This document shows positions 50,776 through 64,000 of a DNA stretch of 64,000 nt, piece after piece (position 1 is the stretch's first letter; every line of letters starts with the position of its first letter). A program made the position numbers and the translations under genes. Source of the DNA: Macrostomum lignano (taxonomy: Eukaryota); contig NIVC01000707.1 in the NCBI GenBank assembly GCA_002269645.1, positions 1 to 64,000 on the forward strand, read 5' to 3'. The notes below the pieces were generated by a model. It was not told the origin of the DNA. It saw only the letters and a program-made list of their open reading frames with translations, and did no database searches.

Positions 50776-51549
50776 ATTGTAAGCAACTCGTTGCAAAATT
50801 AATCCCGCAATTAAAAATAATTGGTAAAGTAAAATAGGAACAAATCAAATAGTTGCAACAGTTGTTTAAATGCTAAGCTATAAGAATTATAACAAATATT
50901 CATTAATATACTGTAATACATGTACAAAGACTTGTATAATATAATAACTTAAACAAACTTGTAAATTACTCGTAATTCGAAGAAAATAGCTTTCTGGAAA
51001 AAAGCTATTTGACATGCCCTTAGGCAGGTACACTTACTTTATGGCCCTCTTATTCTCTCACAAGCAATCCCGTACCTCTTGAAGATGCAATTATCCCACT
51101 TCCCATAAAGCAACTTCCTCTTCAGTGTCATTATTACACCTAAAATTCTTTTAGCCCAATAATTATTGAGCGTCAATATTCTGAATAATAAGTAGATGAA
51201 GCAGGCAATGTACGACTCCTTGAGAGTTTCTGCCTGGATTAATTGAATGAAAGACTGCAGAGTTATTTTAGCGAGAGAGCCGAAAAAATCACTTAAAAGT
51301 CAATATGTGAAAGCAAGGCATTAACGTTTAGTAATTAAACTCTGGTCGTTTACAACACCAGATTCTGTTATAGAGTTGATATAGGCGAGAGCCCTTAGAA
51401 AGTTTAAACTACGAGCGTCTATTGAGATTATAACAGCTATTCCAAAGAACACAGACTGAATCAATCAATTACCATCCTAGTCTGAATTAATTAAGACTCA
51501 CTGCTTGATCGTGCATACAAAAGGGAGGGAAGCAACGGTCTTAATTGAT

Positions 51550-52623
51550 AGGGTCGTTTCACAAACCCTAATTTTCACAACGTCGAAACCAGAACCTTTC
51601 ATAAGACCTATATTTCACAAACCCTAATTTTCACAACGTCGAAACCAGAACCTTTCATAAGACCTATATTTCACAAACCCTAATTTTCACAACGTCGAAA
51701 CCAGAACCTTTCATAAGACCTATATTTCACAAACCCTAATTTTCACAACGTCGAAACCAGAACCTTTCATAAGACCTATATTTCACAAACCCTAATTTTC
51801 ACAACGTCGAAACCAGAACCTTTCATAAGACCTATATTTCATAAACCCTAATTTTCACAACGTCGAAACCAGAACCTTTCATAAGACCTATATTTCACAA
51901 ACCCTAATTTTCACGTCGAAACCAGAACCTTTCATAAGACCTATATTTCACAAACCCTAATTTTCACAACGTCGAAACCAGAACCTTTCATAAGACCTAT
52001 ATTTCATAAACCCTAATTTTCACAACGTCGAAAATAAGCAATGCAGCAGATTTCACAAGACCTAAATTTCACAAGCCCTAAATTTCATAACACCTAAAAG
52101 GCATGCACAGAATTTCAAAAGCCCTGAATTTCACTATCTCTAAATTTCACAAACCCTAAATTTCACAAACCCTAAATATCACAACGTCGAAAATTAAATT
52201 TGCTTCTATTTTCAGAAGCTCTAAATTTCACAAGCTCTAAATTTCACAACGTCTAAAAGCACGTCTGAAAGATTGTATCTCCATAGTGTTTTTAGGCGTT
52301 GTGAAATTTAGTGCTTGTGAAATTTAGAGCTTGTGAAATTTAGAGCTTATGAAATTCTGTGCACAACTTTTCGACGTTGTGAAAATTAGGTCTTATGAAA
52401 AGTATGGCTTGTGAAATTTAGGGCTTGTGAAATTTATAGTTTATGCAGTCTGATGCAAGTTTTGTTTTCGACGTTGTGAAATTTAGAGCTTGTGAAATTT
52501 AGAGCTTATGAAATACTGTGCACAACTTTTCGACGATGTGAAAATTAGGGTTTATGAAATTTAGAGCTTATGAAAGTTTGTGTCTTGCGACGTTGTGAAA
52601 TTTAGGGCTTGTGAAAGCGACCC
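51550..52623. mobile_element. Foldback-type element whose long arms are built of ~56-bp and shorter subrepeats
   Basis: AGGGTCGTTTCACAAACCCTAA... and ...TTAGGGCTTGTGAAAGCGACCC(T); taattgat flanks both sides; subrepeat orientation flips at ~52270. Confidence 0.85.
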
Positions 52624-52828
52624 TAATTGATCTTCCCTTAGTGTACATCACAGATACTAAAATAACTAAATATGTCGCTTCGCAATTACGCTCGTAAAGT
52701 TGAGACAAGTCTACTCTTTCAGTAGTTCGCCTGCGCAGTATCACTTAAATTTAAAGTGGCAGCTTAAAGTTCCTTTTCTACCTCGGTCGGAGTTGGTGAC
52801 TTCAGAAATATATTAGGCTAAGAATGAA

Positions 52829-53191
52829 CAGCCAATGAGAGAGCAGTTAGGAGAGAGGTCAGAGTCAGACGGACGAAACTAAGTCTAGGGGGCAGGCCCA
52901 ATCTAGTTCAGCCAATGAGAGAGCAGTAAGGAGAGAGGTCAGAGTCAGACGGACGAAACTCAGCCTAAGGGGGCAGGCCCAATCTAGCTCAGCCAATGAG
53001 AGAGCAGTTAGGAGAGAGGTCAGAGTCAGATGGACGAAACTAAGTCTAGGGGGCAGGCCCAATCTAGTTCAGCCAATGAGAGAGCAGTAAGGAGAGAGGT
53101 CAGAGTCAGACGGACGAAACTCAGCCTAAGGGGGCAGGCCCAATCTAGCTCAGCCAATGAGAGAGCAGTAAAGAGAGAGGTCAGAGTCAGA
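52829..53191. repeat. 80/81-bp tandem repeat, ~4.5 units
   Basis: cagccaatgagagagcag starts at 52829, 52909, 52990, 53070 and 53151; alternating A/B variants. Confidence 0.95.
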
Positions 53192-53798
53192 CACAATCGG
53201 GCAAGAGGTCAGCCTGCATGGCCTTTTATCGATTTCTTGCTCCCATGCACATTGCACACGCATTGGATTTGGCTTTTTTAAAAGTTTTCCTACAAACTTC
53301 AGTCATGAATTAGATTCTTATTCATTTTAACTCAGTAAACATGATGAAGACGCTAATTTATGGGTCTGCTTGTAGAACCCCATGCAGAGGCGATTATTGT
53401 CTTTGGCTTTAAAGTCTTAAAAAAAATCTTGTAAAATTTTATATTTGTATTCAATTATTTATATTTTAAGGCAAAAACGCTAACTATGCTAACTGAAGAG
53501 TAGACCAGCGCATTTTTGTGAGTGACATACCTAGACATTCTATTAAACTGCGGTTTACATTAATTTTATTGCGTATACGAGCGTACTCGTATCTAGTCTG
53601 AACCAAAGTTCATATTGTCTGATCCTAATCAAGACTTAATGCTTAATGCTTATTAATTACCAGCCTCAGTTAATACATGTACGTTCCTGATTGTTTATAT
53701 CCACGTGGACTAAATGGAAGGAACCTTACACTGATATACTGCTCAAAATACAATCGAATAACTCTCAATAAATGTACTATATTCACGTACTATTTCAG

Positions 53799-53896
53799 AA
53801 ATGGAACGCCGTCAAAAATCGCAACAATCATTGCTAACGGCAACAACTGGTTCCACTATAGATGGCCTACTGCACAACAGCAATTCTACCAGTTAA
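53799..53896 (+). CDS. Membrane-protein gene, candidate terminal exon (EMERRQKSQQSLLTATTGSTIDGLLHNSNSTS*)
   Basis: tatttcag| acceptor in phase 1 gives a 32-codon frame to TAA; it contains one NxT sequon. Confidence 0.5.
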
Positions 53897-54994
53897 TTCG
53901 CTCAGCAGTTTAAACATAAAAAAATAATAATATAATACTTAATTCGGCATGGAATGAATCATTACCAGCTTTTGTAAAGCTTTCTTGCATTATTGTTATT
54001 ATTTAATAAGCGTCGCACGCATGCTGCACACACATGGACAGCTGAAGTAGTAAGGATGCTAAACTCTGAATTGGAGATTAATGAGTCCCTTGCTGACCTT
54101 CAGTTATTCATGTGCAGTCATAAATGTCATAACTAAAGTATGAACACAATTACACAACATGCTTGCTCACATTCACGGCTTAATTTAGTCAAGAGTATTC
54201 TTACACCACTCGATATTATGTAAGGCAAATTCATGTCTGTATTGTAACTAACCGATATTTGTTGTTGCTGGCTTGACACAAACAAACTTTTGTGCCACAA
54301 ACTTTGTCCACGCAGATATAATATACCCGCTGTATCTTTATAGCACAACCGAATAATTTAACAATGCTAATTTTATAGCTGGCCACATTATCCGTATAGC
54401 AAATTGTGAATTGAAAGGCACGCTTGTAAAGACGTTTTTTGGTCAACAATTGCGCAAAAATAAACAAAATCTTATCAAAATGCAAAATTGATTTTTACAC
54501 AAATATTTTGCTGTCTTGTCAACTGAAATGAACCAGTTGGATGACTTGACAGAGACATGACGCCAAACAATTTGTTTAATTTATTTCATAGTCTCTTACT
54601 AAGTAGTTACGAGCGTATTATTCTAGGATAACAAAAAGATCAATGTGCATTATTTTGAAAACCTTAACTTAACAGTCTAGTAACCATTGAAAATGGTTGG
54701 ATTACGAGTAACATTTACTTTTAACCTCCCGAAAAATACGGTATGTGATTAAGTACTAAATGGCGATTCAGAGCAAGTAGAGCTGCAAAGTAAACATGCA
54801 TTCGCATAGACTTCAAGCTTTTCAAGCGACTGACCAATTTAACAATTGTGCTAGCTATAGAAGAAAAAGCATTTGAGATGAAGAGGTTATTGGGAACAAT
54901 GGGGAAAATAAGCCTAGACAATCACCCAGAAACCCCTAAGGTATATTGTTTTATACCTTTACCGATATCTGAAGGAAAATACTCATAGATAGCT

Positions 54995-56165
54995 ATAAGA
55001 CTCCCGAATCTTCACACCCTGAATAAAGACTACGAATCTTTACATCCTGGTCCTGAATAAAGACTCCGAATCTTCACATCCTGGATAAAGACTTCGAATT
55101 TTCACATCCTGGATTAAGACTGCAAATCTTCACACTTGGACAAAGACTCCGAATCGTCACACCTAGATAAAGAACCAGATTCTTGTACAGATAGAGTTTC
55201 AAGTTTCTATATTTCAATAACTAGCAAAGACTTAGACTCGTGACAAACATTTACCGGCCGATTAAAAAAAATGAAATGGAAACGAAGAAAGCGACAGCAA
55301 TTTTGCGCTAAAAATAGTGACATAAACACGAACACAACGCCAAAGAATGAAAAATACACGTTAGCTGGCATACTTGTTCAATATATTACAAAACAAGAAA
55401 ATAGCTAATCAAACAGAAACGACGTTGAAATTAGATTATTAAGAAACCCAGGCCTAAATTTGCTTTTTGAGAACTTTGAAAACAAATGCTTTATTATGAA
55501 GCCATACTATAAATTTTATTGGTTTATTGGATACATCTGTGACAAGCGGTATTTATAAACCCCAACGTAGCAATGCGCAAACCCAATTTTGCTGTCCAAA
55601 ATGTTTTTTACATATTTAATTTTAATTAGGTTTAAGGTCACTAAAGTCACACAAGGGTTCAAGAAAATCTATAAGTTGGACAGTTTAAAAAATCCGAATC
55701 TTTATATCCTGGATAAAGACTTCGAGGCTTCGCATCCTGGATAAAGACTCCGAGTCTTCACATCCTGGATAAAGACTCCGAGTCTTTACATCCTAGATAA
55801 AGACTTCAAGGCTTCGCATCCTGGAATAAGACTCCGAGTCTTCACATCCTGGATAAAGACTCCGAGTCTTCACATCCTGGATAAAGACTCCGAGTCTTTA
55901 CATCCTAGATAAAGACTTAAAGGTTTCGCATCCTGGATAAAGACTCCGAGTCTTTACATCCTAGATAAATACTTCAAGGCTTCGCATCCTGGAATAAGAC
56001 TCCGAGTCTTCACATCCTGGATAAAGACTTCGAATCTTCACATCCTGGAATAAGGCTCCGAGTCTTCACATCCTGGATAGACTTCAAGGCTTCACATCCT
56101 GGATAGACTTCAAGGCTTCACATTCTGGAATAAGACTCCGAGGCTTCACATCCTTGATAAAGACC
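54995..56165. repeat. 28-bp minisatellite (GACTCCGAGTCTTCACATCCTGGATAAA) in two blocks (54995-55170 diverged; 55695-56165)
   Basis: Same monomer in both blocks, separated by ~520 bp of unrelated DNA. Confidence 0.92.
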
Positions 56166-56439
56166 CAAAACCATCAAAGCTTTCATTTACACTGGAAAGG
56201 GCCAGATATTTAACATATTCAGCCAATTATTCAAGCAAAAAACTATAGGAATTTTCAAAGTGTATCAGAACACTAAGCACTAAGTCTGTATAGAATTATA
56301 GCTATTAAAAGATTCTTGCTTTTGGTTGTAAACGAAACAAATTTTCTTTTGCAAGCGCAGATTTGTAAGTCCCACTTTATCGTCCAGTAGTTCCACTCCT
56401 AGTCTAATTTATTTTAAAAATAAATAAGTTACTAATAAT

Positions 56440-57699
56440 TTAATAACGCCGCCAGCCGCCGCGGCCGCCGCCATGCTGGTGATAGGGATAGCCGCCGCCG
56501 CCTCCGCCGCGCATCCGAGCGACCTTCCGGCCGACGCCCGGGCCGCCACCAACGCCGGGATATGGACGCTTGCCGCCGCCCATAGAAGCGGCAGCGGCAA
56601 CTCCGGCGCCGGCATCGCCATCGGCGGACGCGGCGGCGACTTCAACGCGTCGACGATCTAGCGAAGCGCGCAGCTGTTCAACAATGCCATTATTAGAGTC
56701 GTAGCCACCGTGCGGACAGGCGAATCGCTCGGCAATCCAGTCAATCAGCAGGCCGGCCACATCGTCCGAAGATTCATCGTAGGGCAACAGCAGCGGTCCG
56801 TTCGGCGAGAGCAGATGGTCGCGCAACTGGTCGGCCAGTTCCCGGTGGCCGGGCGTGTCGATGTCGTGCTGCAGGTGCAGCAGCAGCCGACTGCAGCCGC
56901 CGCCGCCTCCGCCTGCCGCGCCAGACACGGGCTGGGAAAAATGACAGCCGCAGACGGGACAATGCGGCGTTTTCACACTGTCGGGAATTGCCACGGCCGA
57001 GTCGGCAGCGACGGCGGCTCCATCGTTGGACTCATCTCCGTAGCCGGCACCGCTGCCGCCTCCACCGCCGCCATAGCTATTGCCGAAGACGCTCAGCAGG
57101 CGTTGTGCAGCTTCGGGACCGAGCCAGGCGTGCAGATGGGCGCTGCGGGACTCCGCAATCTGATTGTGCCGGCCGCGGAATATTGGCGTGCTGCAGCCCC
57201 AGAGAGCGTCGTCCAGATGACGGCGCAGACTGCGGAACGGCTGCTGACAGACTAAACAGGCAAACAGCGGGTGGCCAGGCGGTTCAACTTCAACATTGGT
57301 TCCGCCTGCTCCGGCCTCCTTGTTGGTGAACACGAAGTCGTCTTTCAGCTGGAACATGTCGTAGTTGGGCTGGCCGGCTGGGCACAGGAAACTGGAGGCC
57401 AGGCTTTTCTGGTCTTCCTCCGTGACCGAAGCGTCCGTGAAGTTGCACACAAAGGTGACAACATCGTTGAATCGGCGCTCATGCTGGGCGCCGGATTCGG
57501 CGAGGTCGGCAGGTTCGGCAGCCTCGGCCGCTGCGTCAGTAGAGGCGGAGCCAGCGGCGGCTGCGGCAGCTGCGTCAATGGCCTCGCGACAGTGAGCGGC
57601 GAAGCGGAGAAAGCCCTGGAGATGTCAGAGTGGACGGGGTTGCGGGTCTGTCTGTCTACCTATGCATCTATCTAGCTATCTATCTAGCTATCTATCTAG

Positions 57700-57730
<31 letters not shown>

Positions 57731-58146
57731 AGTGAGCCAATCAATTTATCAATAAATTAATCAATCATCACCTGAAAGTGCAGGCGACAATGGGAGCAGT
57801 ATGGCGTGGCAATAAATCCAGGCAAATTGGCTCCGAAGTTTTGCCAATGCTTTTTTATAGCATCGAATTCGAGCAGAGATCCGGCAACAGATTGGATCAG
57901 CAGGTTGCTCAGGTGACTGTGCAAGCCTTTGGGGTCTTTGGGCAGGTCGCAGTGCTTGCAATTGTTCGACTCGACCTGCTCTACGGGCGCGGACTGTTCA
58001 GCTTCAGCTCCGTTGGCATTATCACTAGAAAGTGCTGATCCATTTGCAGCTTCAGCGGCAGCAGCTGGTTGGACTTCTGGTTGCTGTTCAGCCTGTCCAT
58101 CAGAGGATTGCTGCTGCTCTTGCTCAGAGACTGGTTGCTCAGACAT
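56440..58146 (-). CDS. Atypical C2H2-like zinc-finger protein with G/R-rich C-terminus; complement(join(56440..57615,57772..58146)), ~516 aa
   Basis: Donor CAG|GTGATG and acceptor ctccag| in phase 0 rebuild CSHCRLHFQ-GFLRFAAHC across the intron. There are four CxxC..H motifs. AATAAA lies ~27 nt after the stop (56408-56413). Confidence 0.8.
57650..57730. repeat. (TCTA)n microsatellite inside the zinc-finger gene intron
   Basis: Directly visible. Confidence 0.92.
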
Positions 58147-59746
58147 TTTTGTTACTAGCAATACTACTTGAAGGCGTATAGTCGGGAAAATTAGGCTGTA
58201 TTTTTATTTTTTAATTTAAATATACTTTTTTGTCATGCATAAAACAGATATTTAAATCAATAATTCATTATTCATTGAATTTGCTTCTAGCTAATGTGGG
58301 CTTCATACCATATTTTCTATTTAGTGATACAACTTGTGTATCCTTAGTATATTACAAGATTTTTAGAAGTTCAAGTTTAATTTAAATAACAATTGCTTTT
58401 AACATTTAATTTTAAATAATTAGATCATGGAAAAGGGTTTTGCAAATAGTAATCTAAACTAGAATTTCCAAAAAATAATTAGGGTTAATACATTAACACA
58501 CTAAATGGCTCATTTTATATACTAGTAAGGGTGTATATTTAGAAGAAGCAAAAGTGTATTTACATTTATATTTGAAGTATATATACCCAGGGCTTATATA
58601 CATTGAAGCGACAAGGGGTGTAAATTAGTTAAAAACTGTCTATTTTGACCAGACAGGGTATATGACATGTTATGTCTAGAAGTTACTGTTTATAATATGA
58701 TCCTTCTTATAGAGATGGTTTGAACAACTTGGAAAAGCCTTTTGGTGCATGATACCTAGCCTGATTACATTTTTGCCAGATTTGTAGCACTCTGCAAAGC
58801 TCCCAATGCCCATTGTAAAGCTAGAAATACTTTAGTCATTATGGTCATAATGTACTTTTTTCAAAAGAAATAAACAACCAAAGATATTGGCCTTAATAAG
58901 TAGCATATTACTTATTTGAAAATAGCAACCAGCCTATCAAAAATCTCATAAAATAATTTTTAGCCCCAAAAGCCACTAGCAAAGCACAAAATTATCTATC
59001 TTAAAAAAAAACCATACAAAGTTAAGTGTTGCCAAGAAATAAGAACAGTTTAAGAAGTAAAAACAATCCTAAAGTAGTAGAAGACATGAATGAAATCCAA
59101 AAGTTTGTTGACACACAATGTTTACTTTAAAAGTTATATGAAATAGTAAAAAAAATTGCCATTTCTGTTGAAGTTATGTGGAATAATCTAATAAAGTTTA
59201 AGTTAAGTTTAGCAATAAAGTTTAATAGGTTAGCAAAGATTTATTTTTTTTGTATAAAATTTTATTTTATATATTAATTTATCATATTATTCAATTAAAT
59301 ATTATATGATTCATTTTAGTTAAAGTTAGTTTAAAGTTAGTTAATTTAAATAAATGTATAAGTAATACCAACTAGCACTAATCAAAACATTGAATCATAA
59401 TTAATTAAATATGTTTCTATTTTATCTTAAATACTATAGTATTATGCTTCTTCAACTTAGTAGCCAAAGGTTTTAGAAAAACAAACTTTATTTTTATAGG
59501 CTAAAATTATTGAATAGCTATCAAATTTTTAGTTAATAGGCCTATAAGTCTTGAAATCATAAGTTGTCTTCAATATTCCCAATATGTATATTATAACTTG
59601 AAAAGGCAATCATCATGTCATTTTAAATATTATTATCATATTCTAGGTCTATTGATTATAAAACAGAATAAAATATATTTTATTGAGTTAAATTTAAAGA
59701 AATATATTATGCAATAAAAAGGTAACTAGTCATTTTGCCCATAAAC

Positions 59747-59870
59747 TGTTTTGGCCATGGACATTTTGCCCCCAGATCATTTTGCCCACAGACCATTTTG
59801 GCCATGGACATTTTGCCCCCAGATCATTTTGCCCACAGACCATTTTGGCCATGGACCATTTTGCCTCCAA
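59747..59870. repeat. 47-bp tandem repeat, ~2.5 units
   Basis: ttggccatgg recurs at 59751, 59798 and 59845. Confidence 0.85.
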
Positions 59871-60152
59871 TTCGGACCATGCAGGGTTGAAATGAACAGT
59901 CATGAGCTGAGAATATGTGAGATGAGACAAAACAGGCCTATACCTATGCAGCTATGTTTCAATATATATTACTTTAAATGATAAAGCCTAGCCCTAGGAT
60001 CTAGTCAGTTTAATGCATAGTCAATATTGTACACTCTATTAGGCCCAGTATCTATATTAGACCTAAATCAAGATTAAAAGATGGCTTATTTCTAGTTAAT
60101 CTAATATTCTATGCCCCAGGGCCTACGAGTATTTATTAGAATTGAGTTTATA

Positions 60153-60450
60153 CATACATGCGCAACCTCTAAAATTCGGTCGGCCATGCGACTTAGTTTT
60201 AACAAAAATGCGACGTAGTTTTTGGCCAAAAATGCGACTTACATGTAATAAAAACCCTAAAGCAAATTAACGCAACTTTGGGTAAACGGCAGGAGTAACT
60301 ATGACTGTCTTATTAGGTCAAAATGCCTCGTCAGCTACTTTAGTTATACTATTTTGGTATTTTTCGGGTGGGCATTTTTGCGACTTCCTTGATTGGCTGC
60401 CAAATCGGTCGGCCGGATCGGCCGACTCGGCCGACTGTTGCGCATGTATG
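60153..60450. mobile_element. hAT-type MITE
   Basis: 14-bp TIR CATACATGCGCAAC / GTTGCGCATGTATG; 8-bp TSD agtttata (60145-60152 and 60451-60458). Confidence 0.92.
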
Positions 60451-63400
60451 AGTTTATATAGGCCTAAAAAGATTAGCTAGGCCTAACTTTAATAGATAGG
60501 ATATGTTACTTTATTGCTTTATACTAAAGTCTAACTATAATCTTGATCTTGACTTCAAAAGTTGGGTTTTTTAGTTAGACAGGCCTAATTTTAAAAAATT
60601 CTTGAAATTTTGAAAATGGGCTTGGAGTTTAAAAATAGTTGAGTAAAATTGAATTCAATACTATTCTATAGGTATATACTAAAAATGAACCTCCTTAGTT
60701 GACCAACTTTATATATAAAAATCTAGAAGATAGACTTAGAATAGGCCTAAATTTCTAATTCTTTATCTAAATCTATATCAAAATGTCTATATAAAAAAAA
60801 TAGCCATATAGGCCCTAGGCCTAGAAAAATTATATTTAAATAAGTTTCTCTTTCTAACTTAAAAAGTAGTTTTTTATTGCCTTTGTTTTTGCTTCTAGGG
60901 CCTATTGTTATTGGATATTGGAGATAGATGTCCTTACTCCCCCTCAGTAATGGCTAGAGATCGGTTGCCTTAAATTTTAATCTAGAACAAAATCTCAATA
61001 TCAGCCACCTGTAGAAAGAAAAATATAATGTTCCATCTATATTATAATGGCACTACTGGATCCATAGCCATTAGAAAATGGGTTCCAGTGCCGGAACTCT
61101 AGCCATTGCCCTCCCCCTCCCAATATAATTATATAAATCCTGGCTATGGGCCTAAATTTGCCTTTCATGTCAGGTAGGTATAGTATATAGGCTAGCCATT
61201 GGAAATTTAGATTAGAATCAGAGTCAGAGATGTTTGAAACTTTAAAGTTATCACACATGGCTCCACTAAAATGTGTCCTTATAGTAGGGCCTAGGGCCTA
61301 GTAGCCCCCCTAATAGGGCCAACATCTTAAAAATCATTGTAAGGAGCCAACCTACTGTCTGAGTACTAGCACTGCTGCGCTGCAGTGTACCCAATAGACC
61401 TAGAACAATGGCAATGCGGTGCCTGCCCAAATAGCATTAGGCCAAGGCCTATATACACCATGCGCCCATTTTAACACAACTGATGCAATGACACAAGATC
61501 GAATAGGCCTAATTGTTCTGTGGCCACTTTATGTGTGGCTGTTTTGCGACGTTTTGACTGAAATATCTCTGGACTTATGGAATCTAAAATCCAAATTTGG
61601 GATGCCACTCTGAAATTTGGTGGGCCTTTAGCTAGGCACACGCACAAATAGGAATAGGCCTACTTCGGCTTTGGCCTTCTTAAGTGATATATATTTAATT
61701 TACTAATACCCACTTGCTCCACAGTAGACGATGGAAATCTTTTCAAGAATTGTCATACCCATTCTCGACATACTGGTTTCAGCTGACTCAGCTCATTCAG
61801 CTGCTCTAATTTTTTAGGCTTGAAACAATGGACAAGCAAGTCAAGGAGCTGACTGACTGAATTTAATTCGATCAACTTCATTGGATATTTCGAATTTTAG
61901 GGGAACAGCTCATACTATAACGAAACGACACTCATTTTGTCAACAAAAAAATCAATAAAACCAGTGCAAAAAGCATAGAAACTTGTTGTGCATCCAATGC
62001 ATTAGGCAAGAAGTATAGTTGGCCTTTCCCAGTATGTGTTTTAGTTAGCAATCAAATATCGTGCTTACTAGATTTCAACTTTAAAACATTTTCTAGGAAA
62101 GCAACACGTGGTAAGAAAAAGCAAAATCGCACCATCCTTCAGTTTTAATCCCGACTTTTGGGTGCAAATGCATGATATCCACTGCATTCAAACGTGGCCT
62201 GTCGTGATGAATCTGTCATCGTGCTGCTAGATTTATGCGCGTGTTGTCTTTTACTTTGACTTATGTTTTTTAATATCTATTTGCTCCTCTTGTAGTTGCA
62301 TTTTGACCTTTTTAAACATTTTTTTAATATTTCTAACTGATTTTAGTGACTAATATTGAAAAAAAAATTGTGTGATACATGAAAATTACCTAGCAAACGT
62401 TATTTAAACGTTTTTATTTAAGGAGTTTTATCAGATATTCTGAAGGGAACTAAAGTAATAAACTGCACATGTTTGTTTTTTCTTTGAATTAAACACTTTT
62501 GATTCTTTTGAAATGATATGATATGATATGAACTTTTGATTTGATATGATATGATATGAACTTTTGAAAACATTGCTATGATACAAAATAAAACAAATTA
62601 CAATAAGTGTAGTAACTTGAACTACATGAAGCTATTTTTTAAATATGATATATATAAAATGTTTGCTATACTTCATGGCAAGCTCTTAAAACTGAATTAG
62701 AGTTTAAAAGTTAGAAACACTGGAAATTTTACTAGAAACACTAGTAAAATTGAGTTTTTTTCTTGTTCTAGTTTCCTAGTTCCCTTTACTTTAAAGGAAA
62801 GGGACTATAAAACTAAATGAAATAGATAAGGCCTCTATTATGAACTTGAAAGCAAGAGATTTGAATTATGAGCATGCTTGTTATTTGATATTTAGTAAAA
62901 CACAACTGTAGTTTTTTTATATTTGAGAGTCTTTTTTCATTGTTTTCTGTAAGTGTTAGATTTTATTTAGGCAATTTTTTTAAATACAAGAGATAGTTTC
63001 ATCAGTATGGAATATAACTGTTCCTCTTAGAATTATAGCATTCTGAATTCTCATGTCATTTCAGTTGAGATGAATAATTTTAGTTTTCTTGGTACTTTTC
63101 ATAATTGATGTATTGTACAGTATAGAAAAAATAGAGTAACATGCTTAAGGCTTGTTAGGCCCTATGCAAATCTGTGATGTAAATATCCATGAATGACTTT
63201 GGGTAATTGGGCACCCATAAATTGGTTATAATATCAGATTTTAAGTGGTATAGTAAATACAAAATAGGCAAGGTTAGGTAGTAATGCTGCCCACTGCAAG
63301 ACTAAGTTTACGATCTATTGATTTATTGGCAGTTATGCATAAAAAGTTGAGATATAATTAGAATTATATGGTTTCAAAAGACAAAAAAGCTCAACATAAG

Positions 63401-64000
63401 AGACTGCTAGTTCGCATTTTTTTTCAAGATTTTGTCACTCGTGAAGTAAATATTACAATAGTTAGAGAGGCCTGAGAGAGAAAGAGAGAGCGGTGCCTCT
63501 CAATCAATTACTGTATCATTTAAACAGAAGCGCTCATCCATCTTCCTGGTTATTCATTCCACTGCAGATTTTCCTCAATATCCCAGGCTCCGAAACCCTC
63601 GCTTCATCATGAAATTCATTCTCGTCTGTTTATTTGCATCGTCAAACCTTGCCATTGTAGTTTTATATATCATAAGGTCGCCTCTCTTCATCTCTGCGGA
63701 GTTTACAAAGCTCAGAGTCTCTCTCCCCTGTCTCTACCCTATTCTCGTCTCATTCTACTCTCAATACTAATATAGTTAATGTAGTTTAAGTTATAAATGG
63801 CACTGCCGTGCATCAGAAGTCCTGCAGCTTAATAGTGTTTGTTCTGGTCTACTAGCGCGCTGAGTGGGCTCTTGGATCCAGGACTGTATATGCAGAGTAG
63901 GTGACGTGTAGGCAGGCAGAACCTACGACAAGCTTTGCTGCCATGGTGAATGAGAATTGAGAAGAAAGGAAATTTAGGAGGTAGAAAAGCCGGCTTAAGC

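Noticed and set aside
53677-53913. 78-aa ORF MYVPDCLYP...
   Set aside because: A different frame from the one selected by the 53799 acceptor; its 5' part is AT-rich intron-like sequence.
56473-57675. Plus-strand ORFs over the zinc-finger gene, and similar antisense ORFs over Piccolo-like and SUMO-like exons
   Set aside because: Shadow ORFs of GC-rich coding sequence.
58200-64000. Genes in the final 6 kb
   Set aside because: Very AT-rich, only short ORFs, no credible exon chain; possible promoter-like DNA near 63450-64000 cannot be resolved within the window.

Overview
Eukaryotic (metazoan, invertebrate-like) genomic DNA. It has GT-AG introns, GC-rich polyQ/polyA exons and AT-rich, repeat-laden introns; the style suggests a free-living flatworm such as Macrostomum, but that is only a guess. 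Four protein-coding loci can be reconstructed. (1) <1-24207 (+): a 14-exon Piccolo/Fife/Clarinet-like active-zone scaffold with coiled coils, PDZ, a Ca2+-binding-type C2A and a degenerate C2B. All intron phases are consistent, but the first 1.9 kb carries many frameshifts. (2) 28706-30079 (+): a two-exon protein with probable tandem SUMO-like domains (Rad60/Esc2/NIP45-like). (3) ~35556-53896 (+): an unassigned small single-pass membrane protein. Four separate upstream exons all end in phase-2 donors that fit one constant TM exon, suggesting variable N-termini. (4) 58146-56440 (-): a two-exon atypical C2H2-like zinc-finger protein with an RGG-rich tail. Between the genes are two tRNA-derived SINE families (one CORE-type), a Tc1 remnant, hAT MITEs with 8-bp TSDs, a foldback element, an island of nested hairpin elements, and many micro- and minisatellites. 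There is no CRISPR, rRNA or bona fide tRNA. Most long ORFs in the supplied track are artefacts of tandem repeats or antisense shadows of GC-rich exons.
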